Source: an uncultured Thermoleophilia bacterium (GTDB taxonomy: Bacteria > Actinomycetota > Thermoleophilia > UBA2241). From it: a stretch of DNA of 64,000 bases. Of the stretch, positions 11,261-21,315 are shown piece by piece. The notes beneath the pieces are model-generated. The model ran no database searches. It was not told where the DNA came from and was given only the letters and a program-made list of their open reading frames with translations. Each line of letters starts with the position of its first letter. Position 1 is the first letter of the stretch. The DNA lies in assembly GCA_963717965.1 (NCBI GenBank), contig CAVQXS010000004.1:81118-145117 (forward strand), written 5' to 3'. Made by a program: the position numbers and the translations under genes.

Positions 11261-12388
11261 TCAGGGAGCCGGCGACGCCGATCCCGTCATGCCCCAGTCC
11301 CTCATGATCGCCTCGAGCACGACGCCGGCCATGCGGTCGCCGCCCGCACGTGTGAGATGGATGCCGTCGGGCGCCCGCACCAGCACCCTGTCGCCGTTCT
11401 GGTCCTCGAGGTACTCGGCGTAGGCGCCCTTCTCGTTGGCCATCGCCGCCCAGGTGCTGACGAAAGCGACGCCGGGACGCTTCTCGGCCTCCGCCGCGTA
11501 GATGTGGTTCATCATCGCGATGCGTTCGCGGTAGCCGGGGTCCTTCATGATCGGGTTGCCGACCCAGTAGACCCGGCGCCCACCCCTGGTGAGGATGTCC
11601 ATCGCCTCGCCGACGCGCTTGGCGTAGACCGCCTGCCAGGCCTTGGTGCCGACCTTGAGGACCTTGCCCTCGTAGAGGACGTTCTGGCCGTCGTTGGCGC
11701 CGAAGAGGACGACGGCGGCATCGGGCCTGAAGTCGACGATCTGGTCGACGAGCCGCTGCGGCCAGTCGTAGAAGTCCGGACGGCTGAGCCCGCTGGAGAC
11801 GTGGTAGTCGTTCTTGGCCTGCACCAGCTCCGTCGCTTCGCTCAGGTTGACGAGCGACGAGCCGAAGACCTGGTCCATCGAGTCGCCGGCGACGTAGAGC
11901 CGGAGCGGCTTCTCCCGGGTGATCCGGCGCGGCCAGAGCGGCTTCTTGGCCTTCTTGACCTCGGCGAGCGTGTGGTGCTCTTCCTCGCCGCGGCCGAGCG
12001 CGTCGGCGACCGCGGTGCCCAGGCGGTCGGCGCGCACCGCGCCGCTGAGCGCCGTCATCGGCGTGAGCATGGCCAGCTGGAAGGTGCGCAGCGCCCCGTA
12101 GGGCCGCGCCTCGACGTCCTTGCGGATGCTGCGCGCGTCGAGCAGGCCGGCGAGGAAGAAGCCGAGCAGCATCGCGAGCAGCACCGCGCCGGCCGAGAGG
12201 CGCCGCCGGCGCGGTCCCTTGCGGCGGTCCGGCAGCGGCCCGATGGTCTCCGTGCCGGGCGGCCCCCCGGGCTCGAGCCAGTCGTCCGGCTGCGTCCGCC
12301 GCGGGCGCTCGTCGCGCCCGCGCTCCGGCGGCCGTACCTCGTCCCAGACGAACAGGTCGTCTCCGTTGTAGCGCTCGTCGTCCGTCAT
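11261..12388 (-). CDS. Membrane-anchored SGNH/GDSL-type hydrolase (DUF459-like)
   Basis: One TM helix followed by an SGNH fold (YVAGDSM...LFGANDG...DGIHLT). Immediately downstream of the MBOAT gene. Confidence 0.75.
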   Translation of the reverse strand: MTDDERYNGDDLFVWDEVRPPERGRDERPRRTQPDDWLEPGGPPGTETIGPLPDRRKGPRRRRLSAGAVLLAMLLGFFLAGLLDARSIRKDVEARPYGALRTFQLAMLTPMTALSGAVRADRLGTAVADALGRGEEEHHTLAEVKKAKKPLWPRRITREKPLRLYVAGDSMDQVFGSSLVNLSEATELVQAKNDYHVSSGLSRPDFYDWPQRLVDQIVDFRPDAAVVLFGANDGQNVLYEGKVLKVGTKAWQAVYAKRVGEAMDILTRGGRRVYWVGNPIMKDPGYRERIAMMNHIYAAEAEKRPGVAFVSTWAAMANEKGAYAEYLEDQNGDRVLVRAPDGIHLTRAGGDRMAGVVLEAIMRDWGMTGSASPAP

Positions 12389-12406
12389 CGCCTCAGGTCG
12401 TCCGCC

Positions 12407-13846
12407 TCAGAACTTGAAGTACAGGAACTCGGCCGGGCCGGCCGGCCCCAGCACGTCGATCAGGAACAGGGCCAGCGCCAGCACCAGCCCCTGGCCCACC
12501 CAGCCGATGCGGCCGAGGCCGGCCTCGAGGCCTTCCAGAGCGCGCCGCGGCACGTACTGGATGGCGATGCCCAGTACCACGAGGCCGACCACCGCCAGCG
12601 TCACCGCCGACCCGATCGACCCGAGTCCCGCGACGAGGCGCCAGAGCACGGCGAAGGCGTTGCCCATCGACTCGGCGCGGAAGAACACCCACGCCACGGA
12701 GACGAAGGCGAAGACCCACAGCCGCTGCAGCGCCCGTCCGCCCGGCGTGGCGCCCGGCTCGGGCAGGCCGCTTGAGTGACGCGCATCGGCGCGGGCCCGT
12801 TCGAGCGCAAGTCCGGTGCCGTGCAGGAGCCCCCAGAAGACGAAGGTCCAGCCGGCGCCGTGCCAGAGGCCGCCGAGCAGGAAGGTGATCACCAGGTTGG
12901 CATAGGTGCGGCCCCTGCCCCTGCGATTGCCGCCGAGCGGGATGTACAGGTAGTCGCGCAGCCAGCTCGAGAGGGTGATGTGCCAGCGGCGCCAGAAGTC
13001 CTGGATGCTCCGCGCCGTGTAGGGCGCGTCGAAGTTGGCCGGCAGCTCGAAGCCGAGGAGGAGCGAGATGCCGATGGCGATGTCGGCGTAGGCGCTGAAG
13101 TCGCAGTAGATCTGCACGGAGTAGGCGAGGATCCCCCACAGCGTCTCCCACGACGAGTACGACTGCGGCGATGCGAACAGCCCGTTGACGATGTGCGTCG
13201 CGAGGTAGTCGGCGATGAGCATCTTCTTGGCGAGGCCGCCGAGGATCAGCACGAACGCGCGCGAGGAGTCCACCGCGTGCGGGTTCCTCGGCGAGGTCAG
13301 CTGCGGCAGGAACTCGCGGGCGCGTGCGATGGGGCCGGCGAGCAGGTACGGGAAGAAGGCCGTGTACACGGCGAAGTCCAGGGCCGGCGCTGGCGCGAGC
13401 TGGCCGCGGTAGATGTCGACCACGTAGGTCAGCATGCGGAAGACCAGGAACGAGATGCCGACCGGCAGGATCATGCGGAGCAGGGGCAGCGGCGCTCCGA
13501 GACTCAGAGCGCCGAGCACGTCGTTCAGGTTCACCGTGAAGAAGTCGAAGTACTTGAAGACGCCGAGCGTGACCAGGTTCGCGGCCACGGCGAGGATCAG
13601 CCAGCGGCGGGCGGCGGCCGTGGAGCCGCTCCGCCCGCGCGCCCGGTGCACCTGCGTGCCGAGCGCCTGGTTCACGAGCGTCGCGCCGATGAGGAGGAAG
13701 ACGAGGCGCCAGTCCCACCAGCCGTAGAACACGTAGCTGGCGCCGACGATGAACCACTTCCAGAGGCGCAGCCGCGGCATGAGCAGCCAGTTGGCCACGT
13801 ACACGACGAGGAAGAAGATCGCGAACGTGATCGTGGGGAAGAGCAC
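12407..13846 (-). CDS. MBOAT family O-acyltransferase (AlgI/DltB/PatA-like)
   Basis: Polytopic membrane protein with the MBOAT signature region (…YIPLGGNRRG…WHGAGWTF… with conserved His). Typical AlgI-like N-terminus. Confidence 0.9.
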   Translation of the reverse strand: MLFPTITFAIFFLVVYVANWLLMPRLRLWKWFIVGASYVFYGWWDWRLVFLLIGATLVNQALGTQVHRARGRSGSTAAARRWLILAVAANLVTLGVFKYFDFFTVNLNDVLGALSLGAPLPLLRMILPVGISFLVFRMLTYVVDIYRGQLAPAPALDFAVYTAFFPYLLAGPIARAREFLPQLTSPRNPHAVDSSRAFVLILGGLAKKMLIADYLATHIVNGLFASPQSYSSWETLWGILAYSVQIYCDFSAYADIAIGISLLLGFELPANFDAPYTARSIQDFWRRWHITLSSWLRDYLYIPLGGNRRGRGRTYANLVITFLLGGLWHGAGWTFVFWGLLHGTGLALERARADARHSSGLPEPGATPGGRALQRLWVFAFVSVAWVFFRAESMGNAFAVLWRLVAGLGSIGSAVTLAVVGLVVLGIAIQYVPRRALEGLEAGLGRIGWVGQGLVLALALFLIDVLGPAGPAEFLYFKF

Positions 13847-14057
13847 GCTGCCGCCCGTCGGTCACCGGTGCGAGCGCCGCACCGGCGGCCCCGCCTGTCG
13901 CGGGGGATGCTACACCAGGGGCGTGGGGACGGCGAAGCCTCTTGCGCGCGGGTCGGGGGCGGGTCCGCCGCCGCGGGAGAATGCGCCGGCGGAGCGTGAC
14001 CCCTCGGGAGGCGGCGCCGGAGCGTGACGACCGCACGGCCGTCGCGCCCGGCCGGCG

Positions 14058-14927
14058 TCAGGCCCTGCCCGCGCCCGCGGCCGAGCTGGGCCGCTGGGGC
14101 GGCCGCTCGAGCAGCCCGATGCGCAGGCCCTCGTTCTCGTCGACCGCGTCGTACCAGGGCAGGCGCTCGCCGACGGCGGCGCGCAGCCGCCAGCGCGACC
14201 CTTTGCGCGCCGCCTTCATGGCCTCGAGTATCCTCACGGCGGCGACGCGCACGCGTGCCGCCTGACCGCCACGGAGGTCGAGCACGCCCGTCTCGCCGGT
14301 GATGCGCTCGAGGTTCAGGGTGACGTCGTGATACAGGCCCCAGTCGCGGGCGCCGGCGCGGGCGAGGTACCGCAGCCCGATCGTCCCCGGCGCCTCCTCC
14401 TCGCGGACGTCGACGCCCTGGAGCAGCGCGGCCACGTCGAGTACGTCGCTCTCGCTCATGCGCGGCCGCAGCAGCTTGGCGAGCAGGACGTCGGACGGCG
14501 GCACCGTGTAGGGCTCCGCCCCCAGCCGCCGGCGCAGGACGATCGTGTGATGCAGCCGGAAGGCGTCGAGGTAGACGTCCACGCGGTCGTCGGCGTGCGG
14601 GCGGCCGCGAGTGCCTGCATGCAGGCACTCGCGGTACACCTGCATGAGCGCACCCGCGCTGGCGAAGCGGACGTGGCGGTTCTCCTCGTAGCCCAGCCGG
14701 GAGAACGTGCCCAGCAGCCGCTTCGCCTGCGGGCGCGGCGCGACCACGTCGAGGTCGCGGTGGTCGCGGCGACAGGCCGCCGGGTCGGCGCAGAGAGCGA
14801 GGACGGCGAGCCCGCCGATGAGACGGACGTCGAGCCCGTCGGCGCGCGCGGCGTCGACGAGATCGATCGCCTCGTCGAGCATCTGGTGCCGCCCTCGGGG
14901 CGGCGCTGCCACCCGCGTTCCGTCCAT
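14058..14927 (-). CDS. Hypothetical protein, possible nucleotidyltransferase fold
   Basis: GG...DLD motif (RLIGGLAVLALCADPAACRRDHRDLDVV) resembling nucleotidyltransferases of the AbiEii / Pol-beta superfamily. Protein-like composition. Function unknown. Confidence 0.5.
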   Translation of the reverse strand: MDGTRVAAPPRGRHQMLDEAIDLVDAARADGLDVRLIGGLAVLALCADPAACRRDHRDLDVVAPRPQAKRLLGTFSRLGYEENRHVRFASAGALMQVYRECLHAGTRGRPHADDRVDVYLDAFRLHHTIVLRRRLGAEPYTVPPSDVLLAKLLRPRMSESDVLDVAALLQGVDVREEEAPGTIGLRYLARAGARDWGLYHDVTLNLERITGETGVLDLRGGQAARVRVAAVRILEAMKAARKGSRWRLRAAVGERLPWYDAVDENEGLRIGLLERPPQRPSSAAGAGRA

Positions 14928-14991
14928 GAGTCCGTGGTACCGCAGGTGCGCGGACGACTAACGCCGGGGCGGCAGACGAGTGCGCGGCCGC

Positions 14992-15849
14992 TTAGCCGGG
15001 CGTCGTGCCCGACCCGCCGCGCGGCCCCTTGCCCGGTCCATCCCGCGGTCCGCGGAGGCGACGGTCGCGGTGACCGTCCCGGTGCGGCAGCGATAGGTGC
15101 GGCTTGCCGCCGATCACGTCCCAGAGGCGGTGCTTGCGCCGTTCCCACTTCTGGTGGAAGCCCTCGTCGCGTCGCCGGGCGCGCTCGAGCTTGGCCGGAT
15201 TGTCGGCGTACTGCCGCCGCGCCCACGGCGACCCCGGCCTGGCGAGGCGCAGCGCTCCGACCAGCGCGACCGGCGGCGCGAAGATGCCCACGGTCCCCAG
15301 GAAGAGCTTGCCCTTGAGGTAGCACACCACGACAAAGACGGCGCCGCTGAGGATGAACACGAACCCGACCCAGCGCGTGATGGTGATGTAGTCGCCTACT
15401 TCGCTGCTGATCGCGGGCAACAGCCCGGTGAGCAGCAGGGTGATGAAGGTGAGGCCGAGGATGACGGCGTCGATGCTCTTGCGCCCCTCGCCCGTCCAGT
15501 AGACGTCCTCGAGGTGCAGGATCAGGGCGAACTCGTCCAGCGTGAGCGCCGCGCCGCAGCCGAAGACGAAGGCCAGAAACTCCAACCAGGGGCTGCCCGG
15601 CTGCACGGCGAACTCGAGGATCCCGGCGACGACCATGCCGATGATGCCGAACACCGAGTGGTGGATGTGCAGCCCGCCCGACGTCACGACGCTGCCGATG
15701 CGCAGGTGCGAGTGGCCGTGCTGCCGCGTGAGGCGCGTGTTCAGCCGGGCGAGTACGAACGTGATGATGAACCCGGCGAGCAGCAGGAACAGCGGCAGTT
15801 TGGCGTCGTCGACGGCGGGACCGGAGATGGCGGCGATGAGCGTGATCAT
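14992..15849 (-). CDS. Polytopic integral membrane protein, His-rich loop (HGHSHLRIG...HIHHSVFG)
   Basis: About 6 TM helices. ATG at 15849 with GGGGG upstream. High GC3. Confidence 0.6.
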   Translation of the reverse strand: MITLIAAISGPAVDDAKLPLFLLLAGFIITFVLARLNTRLTRQHGHSHLRIGSVVTSGGLHIHHSVFGIIGMVVAGILEFAVQPGSPWLEFLAFVFGCGAALTLDEFALILHLEDVYWTGEGRKSIDAVILGLTFITLLLTGLLPAISSEVGDYITITRWVGFVFILSGAVFVVVCYLKGKLFLGTVGIFAPPVALVGALRLARPGSPWARRQYADNPAKLERARRRDEGFHQKWERRKHRLWDVIGGKPHLSLPHRDGHRDRRLRGPRDGPGKGPRGGSGTTPG

Positions 15850-15939
15850 GGCACCCCCATTATCCGCCCCCAAGGCCACACGGAACCATCGCGACCCATC
15901 GGCGAGGACCCGGGGACCGCCGGTGCACGCGGCGCCGCG

Positions 15940-16854
15940 TCAGATGGAGGAGGCGGACGCCGAGGGGGTCGCCGACTGCGACGGGCCAGGCGTCCGCGAG
16001 CCGGGCGGCAGCCAGTCCCGCCCGATCGCCTCGTAAACGGTCGTCGCCAGCAACTGCTGGCCCTCGACTGTGAAGTGGACCCCGTCCCCCAGTCGCAGCG
16101 ACGGGTCGAACTCGCCGTCCTTTGCGTACAGCTCCCAGATGTCGACGTACCGCGCCCCGGGGCGCAGCTCCGCCTGCTTGCGGAAGGTCCTGTTGATGAC
16201 GCGCATGCGCGAGGTGCGCCAGTCCTCGCCCATGATCGGCATGCCCACCCAGTACACGCGCCGGGCGCCGCCGCGGAGCATGGTGTCGATGATGTCGCCG
16301 ACGCGCTCCTCGTAGGCCCGCTTCCAGGCCGCCCCGCCGTAGGGGATCCAGTCGCCGTCCCGCCACACCGACTGGGTGTCGTTGGTGCCGATCATGATCA
16401 CGGCGGCCTGCGGCCTGGACGTCCTCATCACCGACCGGATCTGCTCGCCCCAGTCGTAGAAGTCGTAACGGCAGATGCCGGTCGACTCCTTGTAGAACGT
16501 GGTCGGCTCGAAGACCCTCGAATCGCGCAACAAGGGCTCGAGCGCGAGGCCCAGCTCGCCGCCCATCGAGTCGCCACCGACCCAGACGTGCACGGGGTCG
16601 CTCACGCTCGCCACCCAGACCTCGGGCGGCGGCGCGGCCGTCTTGAGGCCTGCGCTCGTCGTGGCGGACGCTCCGCCATCGTCCGCGCCGTCGTCCCCGC
16701 ATCCGAGCACGACCATGACCAGAGCGAGCAGCGCGGCAACTGCGGCGAGGACGATGACGAGGAGCAGGCGCCGCCGGGCCTGCCGGCGCCGCCGGCGGCG
16801 CCGCCGCTCGCTCTCCGAGCGGGTCGCCCTCGTCCTGTTCGAGCCGTCGTCCAT
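15940..16854 (-). CDS. Membrane-anchored SGNH/GDSL-type hydrolase (paralog of 11261..12388)
   Basis: Same architecture and motifs as the other SGNH hydrolase (VWVGGDSM...MIGTNDT...DGVHFT). ATG at 16854. The rest of the 475-aa track ORF is an upstream extension. Confidence 0.75.
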   Translation of the reverse strand: MDDGSNRTRATRSESERRRRRRRRQARRRLLLVIVLAAVAALLALVMVVLGCGDDGADDGGASATTSAGLKTAAPPPEVWVASVSDPVHVWVGGDSMGGELGLALEPLLRDSRVFEPTTFYKESTGICRYDFYDWGEQIRSVMRTSRPQAAVIMIGTNDTQSVWRDGDWIPYGGAAWKRAYEERVGDIIDTMLRGGARRVYWVGMPIMGEDWRTSRMRVINRTFRKQAELRPGARYVDIWELYAKDGEFDPSLRLGDGVHFTVEGQQLLATTVYEAIGRDWLPPGSRTPGPSQSATPSASASSI

Positions 16855-16974
16855 GAGCCTGCCCCCGGTCCTCGTCCGAGTGTACAGGACGACCTTCCGC
16901 GCCGACGCCGGACTCGCCCGCGGCGGCACGCCCCGTTTCGAGCCGGCCTCCGGTGGGATACAGTGTCGCCGACG

Positions 16975-17775
16975 ATGGACGACTCGGCAGACACGCGCAG
17001 GACCAAGGAGCCGCAGAAGCGGCGGCGTCTGCTCGAGCAATCGCCCCGCTTCGCCGACAGTTTCGGCCTTGTCCTGCTGCTGCTGATCGTCAGCTACTTC
17101 GTGCTCGCCGCCGGCGGCGACAACGTCTACGGGCGGGTCCTTTCTCTGATCATCTTCGCGGCGACGACCTGGCTGGCGCTGCGCGCGGCACAGGTCGAGC
17201 GCCGCATCCTTCGCCTCGCCCTCGCGCTGATCCCGATTGTGACGATCGTCGCGATCGTCCTGGTGCTGGGGGGCGACGACACGACCGCCACCGCCGTCAG
17301 CAAGACGCTGACGATCCTCCTCGTCGTCGTGGCGCCCGTGGCGATCCTGAAGCGGCTGGTCGAGCACCCCGTCATCAGCCTCAACACGTTCTACGGCGCC
17401 GTGTGCGTGTACCTGCTGATCGCGATGTTCTTCGCCACGGCCTACGGGCTCATCGCGCTCATCGGCGACCGCGCGTTCTTCGCCCAGCTGCAGCCCCCGG
17501 CGGACGCCACTGCGATCGACTACCTGTACTTCAGCCTTGTGACGATCACGACGACCGGCTACGGGGACCTCTCGGCCGCCACCGGCGTGGGCCGCATGAC
17601 GGCGGTCTGCGAGGCGATCTTCGGCCAGCTGTACCTGATCACCGTCGTGGCACTCGTGGTCCAGAACCTCGGCCAGCAGAGCCGGATCGCGCGGCGCATG
17701 GAGGAGGAGGCGGAGGCGAAGGCGGCGGCAGGCGGCACTCGGGAGGCCGCCGAGGAGCAGTCGCCCCGAGACTGA
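16975..17775 (+). CDS. Potassium channel (two-TM, Ion_trans_2-type)
   Basis: Selectivity filter TTTGYGD. ATG at 16975. The track ORF 15097..17775 includes a long antisense artifact upstream. Confidence 0.85.
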   Translation: MDDSADTRRTKEPQKRRRLLEQSPRFADSFGLVLLLLIVSYFVLAAGGDNVYGRVLSLIIFAATTWLALRAAQVERRILRLALALIPIVTIVAIVLVLGGDDTTATAVSKTLTILLVVVAPVAILKRLVEHPVISLNTFYGAVCVYLLIAMFFATAYGLIALIGDRAFFAQLQPPADATAIDYLYFSLVTITTTGYGDLSAATGVGRMTAVCEAIFGQLYLITVVALVVQNLGQQSRIARRMEEEAEAKAAAGGTREAAEEQSPRD

Positions 17776-17802
17776 CGTCAGCCCGCCCGCACTGACGACG
17801 CG

Positions 17803-18369
17803 TCAGACGCGGCGCCCACTCTCCTCACCGTCATCTCGCTCGTCCTCGGCGAGCAGATGCCGCTCGCGCGCCGCCTGCCACAGGAACAGCGCCAGCGCAG
17901 CGATGACGGCGGCCGACGCGAGCCCGGGCGCGAGCAGGTCGGTGGTGCCGTCCCAGGTCAGCGCCTGCCCCAGGAAGATCACGGCGATCGCGACCACGAC
18001 GACCCCGGCGAGCAGCTCCTTGAGATGGCCGAGATCGTGAATGCGGAGCCAGGCCGGCATCGGTATGCGGTCGTCGACGAAGAGGCTGTAGAGGCCGAGC
18101 GCGAGCACGTAGAGCACCGTGGCGAGCAGCGCGTAGTCGGCCTGCTTGATCAGCTTGCCGATCATCTCGTTCTGCGTCATGCCATCGTAGTTCACTCCCA
18201 TGGCATGCAAGATCGTCGTCACGGTGACGATGATCGTCGACACCATCACCGCCATGAAGGCGAGGAACAGGCTGAGCGTCGCCACGAGTACGAAGAAGCG
18301 GCTGGACGCGACCATGCGTCCGATCATGTCCGACGGCGGGCGGCGCCCCTCGTTCGGGTCGGCTGCCAC
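17803..18369 (-). CDS. YqhA family (UPF0114) membrane protein
   Basis: Typical YqhA-like topology and sequence (…LFVDDRIPMPAWLRIHDL…). Confidence 0.7.
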   Translation of the reverse strand: MAADPNEGRRPPSDMIGRMVASSRFFVLVATLSLFLAFMAVMVSTIIVTVTTILHAMGVNYDGMTQNEMIGKLIKQADYALLATVLYVLALGLYSLFVDDRIPMPAWLRIHDLGHLKELLAGVVVVAIAVIFLGQALTWDGTTDLLAPGLASAAVIAALALFLWQAARERHLLAEDERDDGEESGRRV

Positions 18370-18376
18370 GCGTGCC

Positions 18377-18970
18377 TCAAGCTCCGTGCAGGGCGCGCCG
18401 CAGGGCGAGCGCCTGGACGATCGCCGAGATGCCGAAGAGCAGCGCGCTCAGCCCGACGAGGATCATGAGCAGCGTCACGGTCGGGCCGGGCCAGACGATG
18501 AAGACGAGGCCGACGATGGCGAGGACGACGCCGAAGCCGACCACCACGCCGTAGCCCTCCCCGCGCGAGGCGAGCGCCGCCCCGGCCACGGCCACGCCGC
18601 AGATCAGGAAGGAGAGTCCGACGATGACGGCCACGGTCTTGACCGACGCTTCGGGCCAGGCGATCAGGGCGATGCCGGCGATGATGGCGATGACGCCGGC
18701 GACGATGCGTCCCGTCCCCGTCCCACCACCGGCGAAGAACTGCAGAACACCGGCGAACAGGAGGAACAGCCCGGCGAAGATCGCCACCAGATGCACGCTG
18801 CCCCAGATGTTGGCGAGCACGACGATGCCGAAGACGACGGCGACGATGCCGACGGCCAGCACGAGGCCCCAGGCCCTGCCCGCCACCTGGCGTGCGTCGC
18901 CCACGACGACCACCGTCTCGTTCACGACCTCCGGACGCGGTCGTCCGGGATCGCTGTCGAAGTCGTTCAT
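18377..18970 (-). CDS. HdeD family (DUF308) acid-resistance membrane protein
   Basis: Repeated small-residue TM helices (GIVAVVFGIVVLANIW…), typical of DUF308. Confidence 0.7.
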   Translation of the reverse strand: MNDFDSDPGRPRPEVVNETVVVVGDARQVAGRAWGLVLAVGIVAVVFGIVVLANIWGSVHLVAIFAGLFLLFAGVLQFFAGGGTGTGRIVAGVIAIIAGIALIAWPEASVKTVAVIVGLSFLICGVAVAGAALASRGEGYGVVVGFGVVLAIVGLVFIVWPGPTVTLLMILVGLSALLFGISAIVQALALRRALHGA

Positions 18971-18979
18971 GTGAGCCTC

Positions 18980-19441
18980 CTACTCCCCGAGCACCTTGAT
19001 GATGAGTCTCTTGCTGCGACGCCCGTCGAACTCGCAGTAGAAGATCGCCTGCCAGGGACCGAGGTCGAGGCGCCCGTCGGTGACCGGCACGATCACCTGG
19101 TGATGCACGAGGAGGTTCTTCAGGTGGGCGTCCCCGTTGTCCTCGCCGCCGCGGTGGTGGCGGTAGTCACCACCGTCAGGGAGCAGTTGCCGGGCCACGT
19201 CGTTGGCCGGCGGCTGCCACGACGGCGGCGCCAGCTTGTCCAGCCACTCCAAGGCGTCCGCCTGGATGCCGGGCTCGTCATCGTTGATCCAGACGCCGGC
19301 GGTGATGTGCATCGCCGCGACCAGCGCCATGCCCTCGCGGATGCCGCTCTCGTCCACCGCCTGCTGGACGTCACCGGTGATGCGCACGAACCCGCGCCGC
19401 TCGGTGATGCGGAAGGTCTTATAGACGGTGTGCGCCTTCAT
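18980..19441 (-). CDS. YjbQ family protein (UPF0047, secondary thiamine-phosphate synthase-like)
   Basis: Conserved YjbQ motifs ([14 protein letters not shown]…[14 protein letters not shown]…[10 protein letters not shown]). Confidence 0.85.
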   Translation of the reverse strand: MKAHTVYKTFRITERRGFVRITGDVQQAVDESGIREGMALVAAMHITAGVWINDDEPGIQADALEWLDKLAPPSWQPPANDVARQLLPDGGDYRHHRGGEDNGDAHLKNLLVHHQVIVPVTDGRLDLGPWQAIFYCEFDGRRSKRLIIKVLGE

Positions 19442-19448
19442 GCCCTCG

Positions 19449-19973
19449 TCAGCCCTCGTCCTCGTTGCGGCGCTGCAGACGCACGAAGCGGACGCCGAGC
19501 CCGGCGGCGCCCTGTTCGACGATGGCGATCGTGGGGTCGTCGTCCTCGAAGTGCGGGGCGCTGGCCGACCCGGGGTTCAGGTAGAGCGTGCCGTCCACCC
19601 ACTCGACGGCCGGCAGGTGATCGTGCCCGAAGACGATGAGATCCGGCGACTCGCGCTTGCCGAAGCTCTCGAGCTTGCCGAGAGCCAGGCGCTTGAGGAG
19701 CCGCTTGCGCTTGTGACCCACGAGAAACCGCACGCCGGCGGCCTTGCCGACGACCTCGCGCGGGAGCTTGCCCAGCTTGCCGGTGTCCATGTTGCCGGCC
19801 ACGGCGGTCACCGGCGCGACGGCGGCGAGCGCCTCGAGCGTCGCGGCATCCATGACGTCCCCCGCGTGGATGATGTGGTCGACGCCGGCGAACTCCTCGA
19901 GGACCTGGGGGTCGAGGTAGCCGTGTGTGTCGGAGATCACGCCGATCCGCGCACCTGTGCTCGACTTCGCCAT
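19449..19973 (-). CDS. Metallophosphoesterase (YfcE/MJ0936 family phosphodiesterase)
   Basis: GVISDTHG…HAGD…GNMD…GH.H metallophosphatase motifs. Second ATG (19973) has optimal GGAGG spacing. Confidence 0.8.
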   Translation of the reverse strand: MAKSSTGARIGVISDTHGYLDPQVLEEFAGVDHIIHAGDVMDAATLEALAAVAPVTAVAGNMDTGKLGKLPREVVGKAAGVRFLVGHKRKRLLKRLALGKLESFGKRESPDLIVFGHDHLPAVEWVDGTLYLNPGSASAPHFEDDDPTIAIVEQGAAGLGVRFVRLQRRNEDEG

Positions 19974-20134
19974 CATCTTCCTCCACATCGGTTGCAGGCC
20001 GCCATCATCCCATCTGAGCGGCCTCCTACGCCATCCTCCCCGCTGGCGGGAGACGCGGAACCTCGAGCGGCGGCCCCCCTCATCTTCGAGGTCAGCGGCT
20101 TCGACGAGACGCTTCCGGGAGGTCGCCGGGCCCT

Positions 20135-21088
20135 CTAGAGGACGCCGCCGGGGACGCCGGGCCCCGACAGCTCGGCCGGCCCGGCGGGCTCCTGGGGCAC
20201 CGGCACGCCGTGCTCTGCGTGGCCGGCGTGCCCCTCAAGGGTCTCCTCCAGCAAGAGCACTTCTCCGGGGCGCATCAGCATGGTGTGCACGTCCGGCTCC
20301 AGTGCGGCGGCCTGGGCCATGAAGAGGAACGGCGCCCGCCTGTGGAAGTCGGGGCCCAGACGGAAGATCGCCGTGCCCGGCAGGTGGTAGGTGCCCCAGT
20401 GGATGGGGACCACGAGGCGTGGGCGCAGGAGCTCCATGGCCTGGATCGCGTGCCGCGGGCTCATGTGCTTGAACTCGGGCATCAGCGGCCCAATCCCGGC
20501 GATCGGCAACAGCGCGAGGTCGAGCCGCTCGGGCCAGACGCCGGCGATCCCGGAGAAGAAGGCCGTATCGCCGGCGAAGTACACGGTCCTGGTGCCGGAC
20601 ACGACGTAGCCCAGACTCGGGGTGCGAGCGGCCAAGGGGTGCCGCGTGCCGCGGTGCTTGGCCTCCGTGGCGACCACTTCGACGCGGCCGACGCGCAGGC
20701 GATCGCCAGGACCGACCTCGTGGATGTCGCGGAACCCGCGCCAGCGGAGGGAGAGCCCGGCGCCGACCGGCGCGAGGATCGGCGTGTCGCGGCGAAAGAG
20801 CCGCAGCGAGCGCGGATCGTAGTGGTCGAGGTGCAGGTGCGAGAGCAGGATGACGTCGGGGTCGGTCAACGGCTCGGTGAGGGGCCGCGGCACGCGCCGG
20901 TAGAGCGGTCCGACGAGCCGCCGGAGGACCGGGTCGGTGACGAGGCGCACGCCGTCCATCTCGATGACGGTCGAGGCGTGCCCGAGGAACGTCACCCGGG
21001 TGCCCGGGGTCAGGCCCTGGTGCCTCGCGGGCAGCGGTTCGGCGGACGGCTGCTGGACGAATGTCGGTCGGTCGCTGGGTGACGTCAT
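20135..21088 (-). CDS. MBL-fold metallo-hydrolase
   Basis: LGHASTVIE…LLSHLHLDHYD beta-lactamase-fold metal motif. ATG at 21088. The track ORF extends upstream to 21280. Confidence 0.8.
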   Translation of the reverse strand: MTSPSDRPTFVQQPSAEPLPARHQGLTPGTRVTFLGHASTVIEMDGVRLVTDPVLRRLVGPLYRRVPRPLTEPLTDPDVILLSHLHLDHYDPRSLRLFRRDTPILAPVGAGLSLRWRGFRDIHEVGPGDRLRVGRVEVVATEAKHRGTRHPLAARTPSLGYVVSGTRTVYFAGDTAFFSGIAGVWPERLDLALLPIAGIGPLMPEFKHMSPRHAIQAMELLRPRLVVPIHWGTYHLPGTAIFRLGPDFHRRAPFLFMAQAAALEPDVHTMLMRPGEVLLLEETLEGHAGHAEHGVPVPQEPAGPAELSGPGVPGGVL

Positions 21089-21315
21089 GGCGTGAGTAGG
21101 ACTCCCTCCTCTGGCTCTAGAGTGGCCCGGCCGGGCGGGCCTCAAACCGGCGGCCGCCGGGATCGCCCGCCGGAACGCGGACGCGTGCGCGGCGACCCCT
21201 CGCCCTCGCGGGAGCCAGGTGAGATACCTGACCTGCGCCGTTGGATTCCGGCGACCCTCCGCCGGGTAGTCACAAGCCACATCGCATCCGCGATGGGGAG
21301 TGGAGTGGAGACAGC

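Noticed and set aside
15097-16974. N-terminal 625 aa of the 892-aa plus-strand ORF
   Set aside because: Antisense to the membrane-protein and SGNH genes. The real gene is the K+ channel from ATG 16975.
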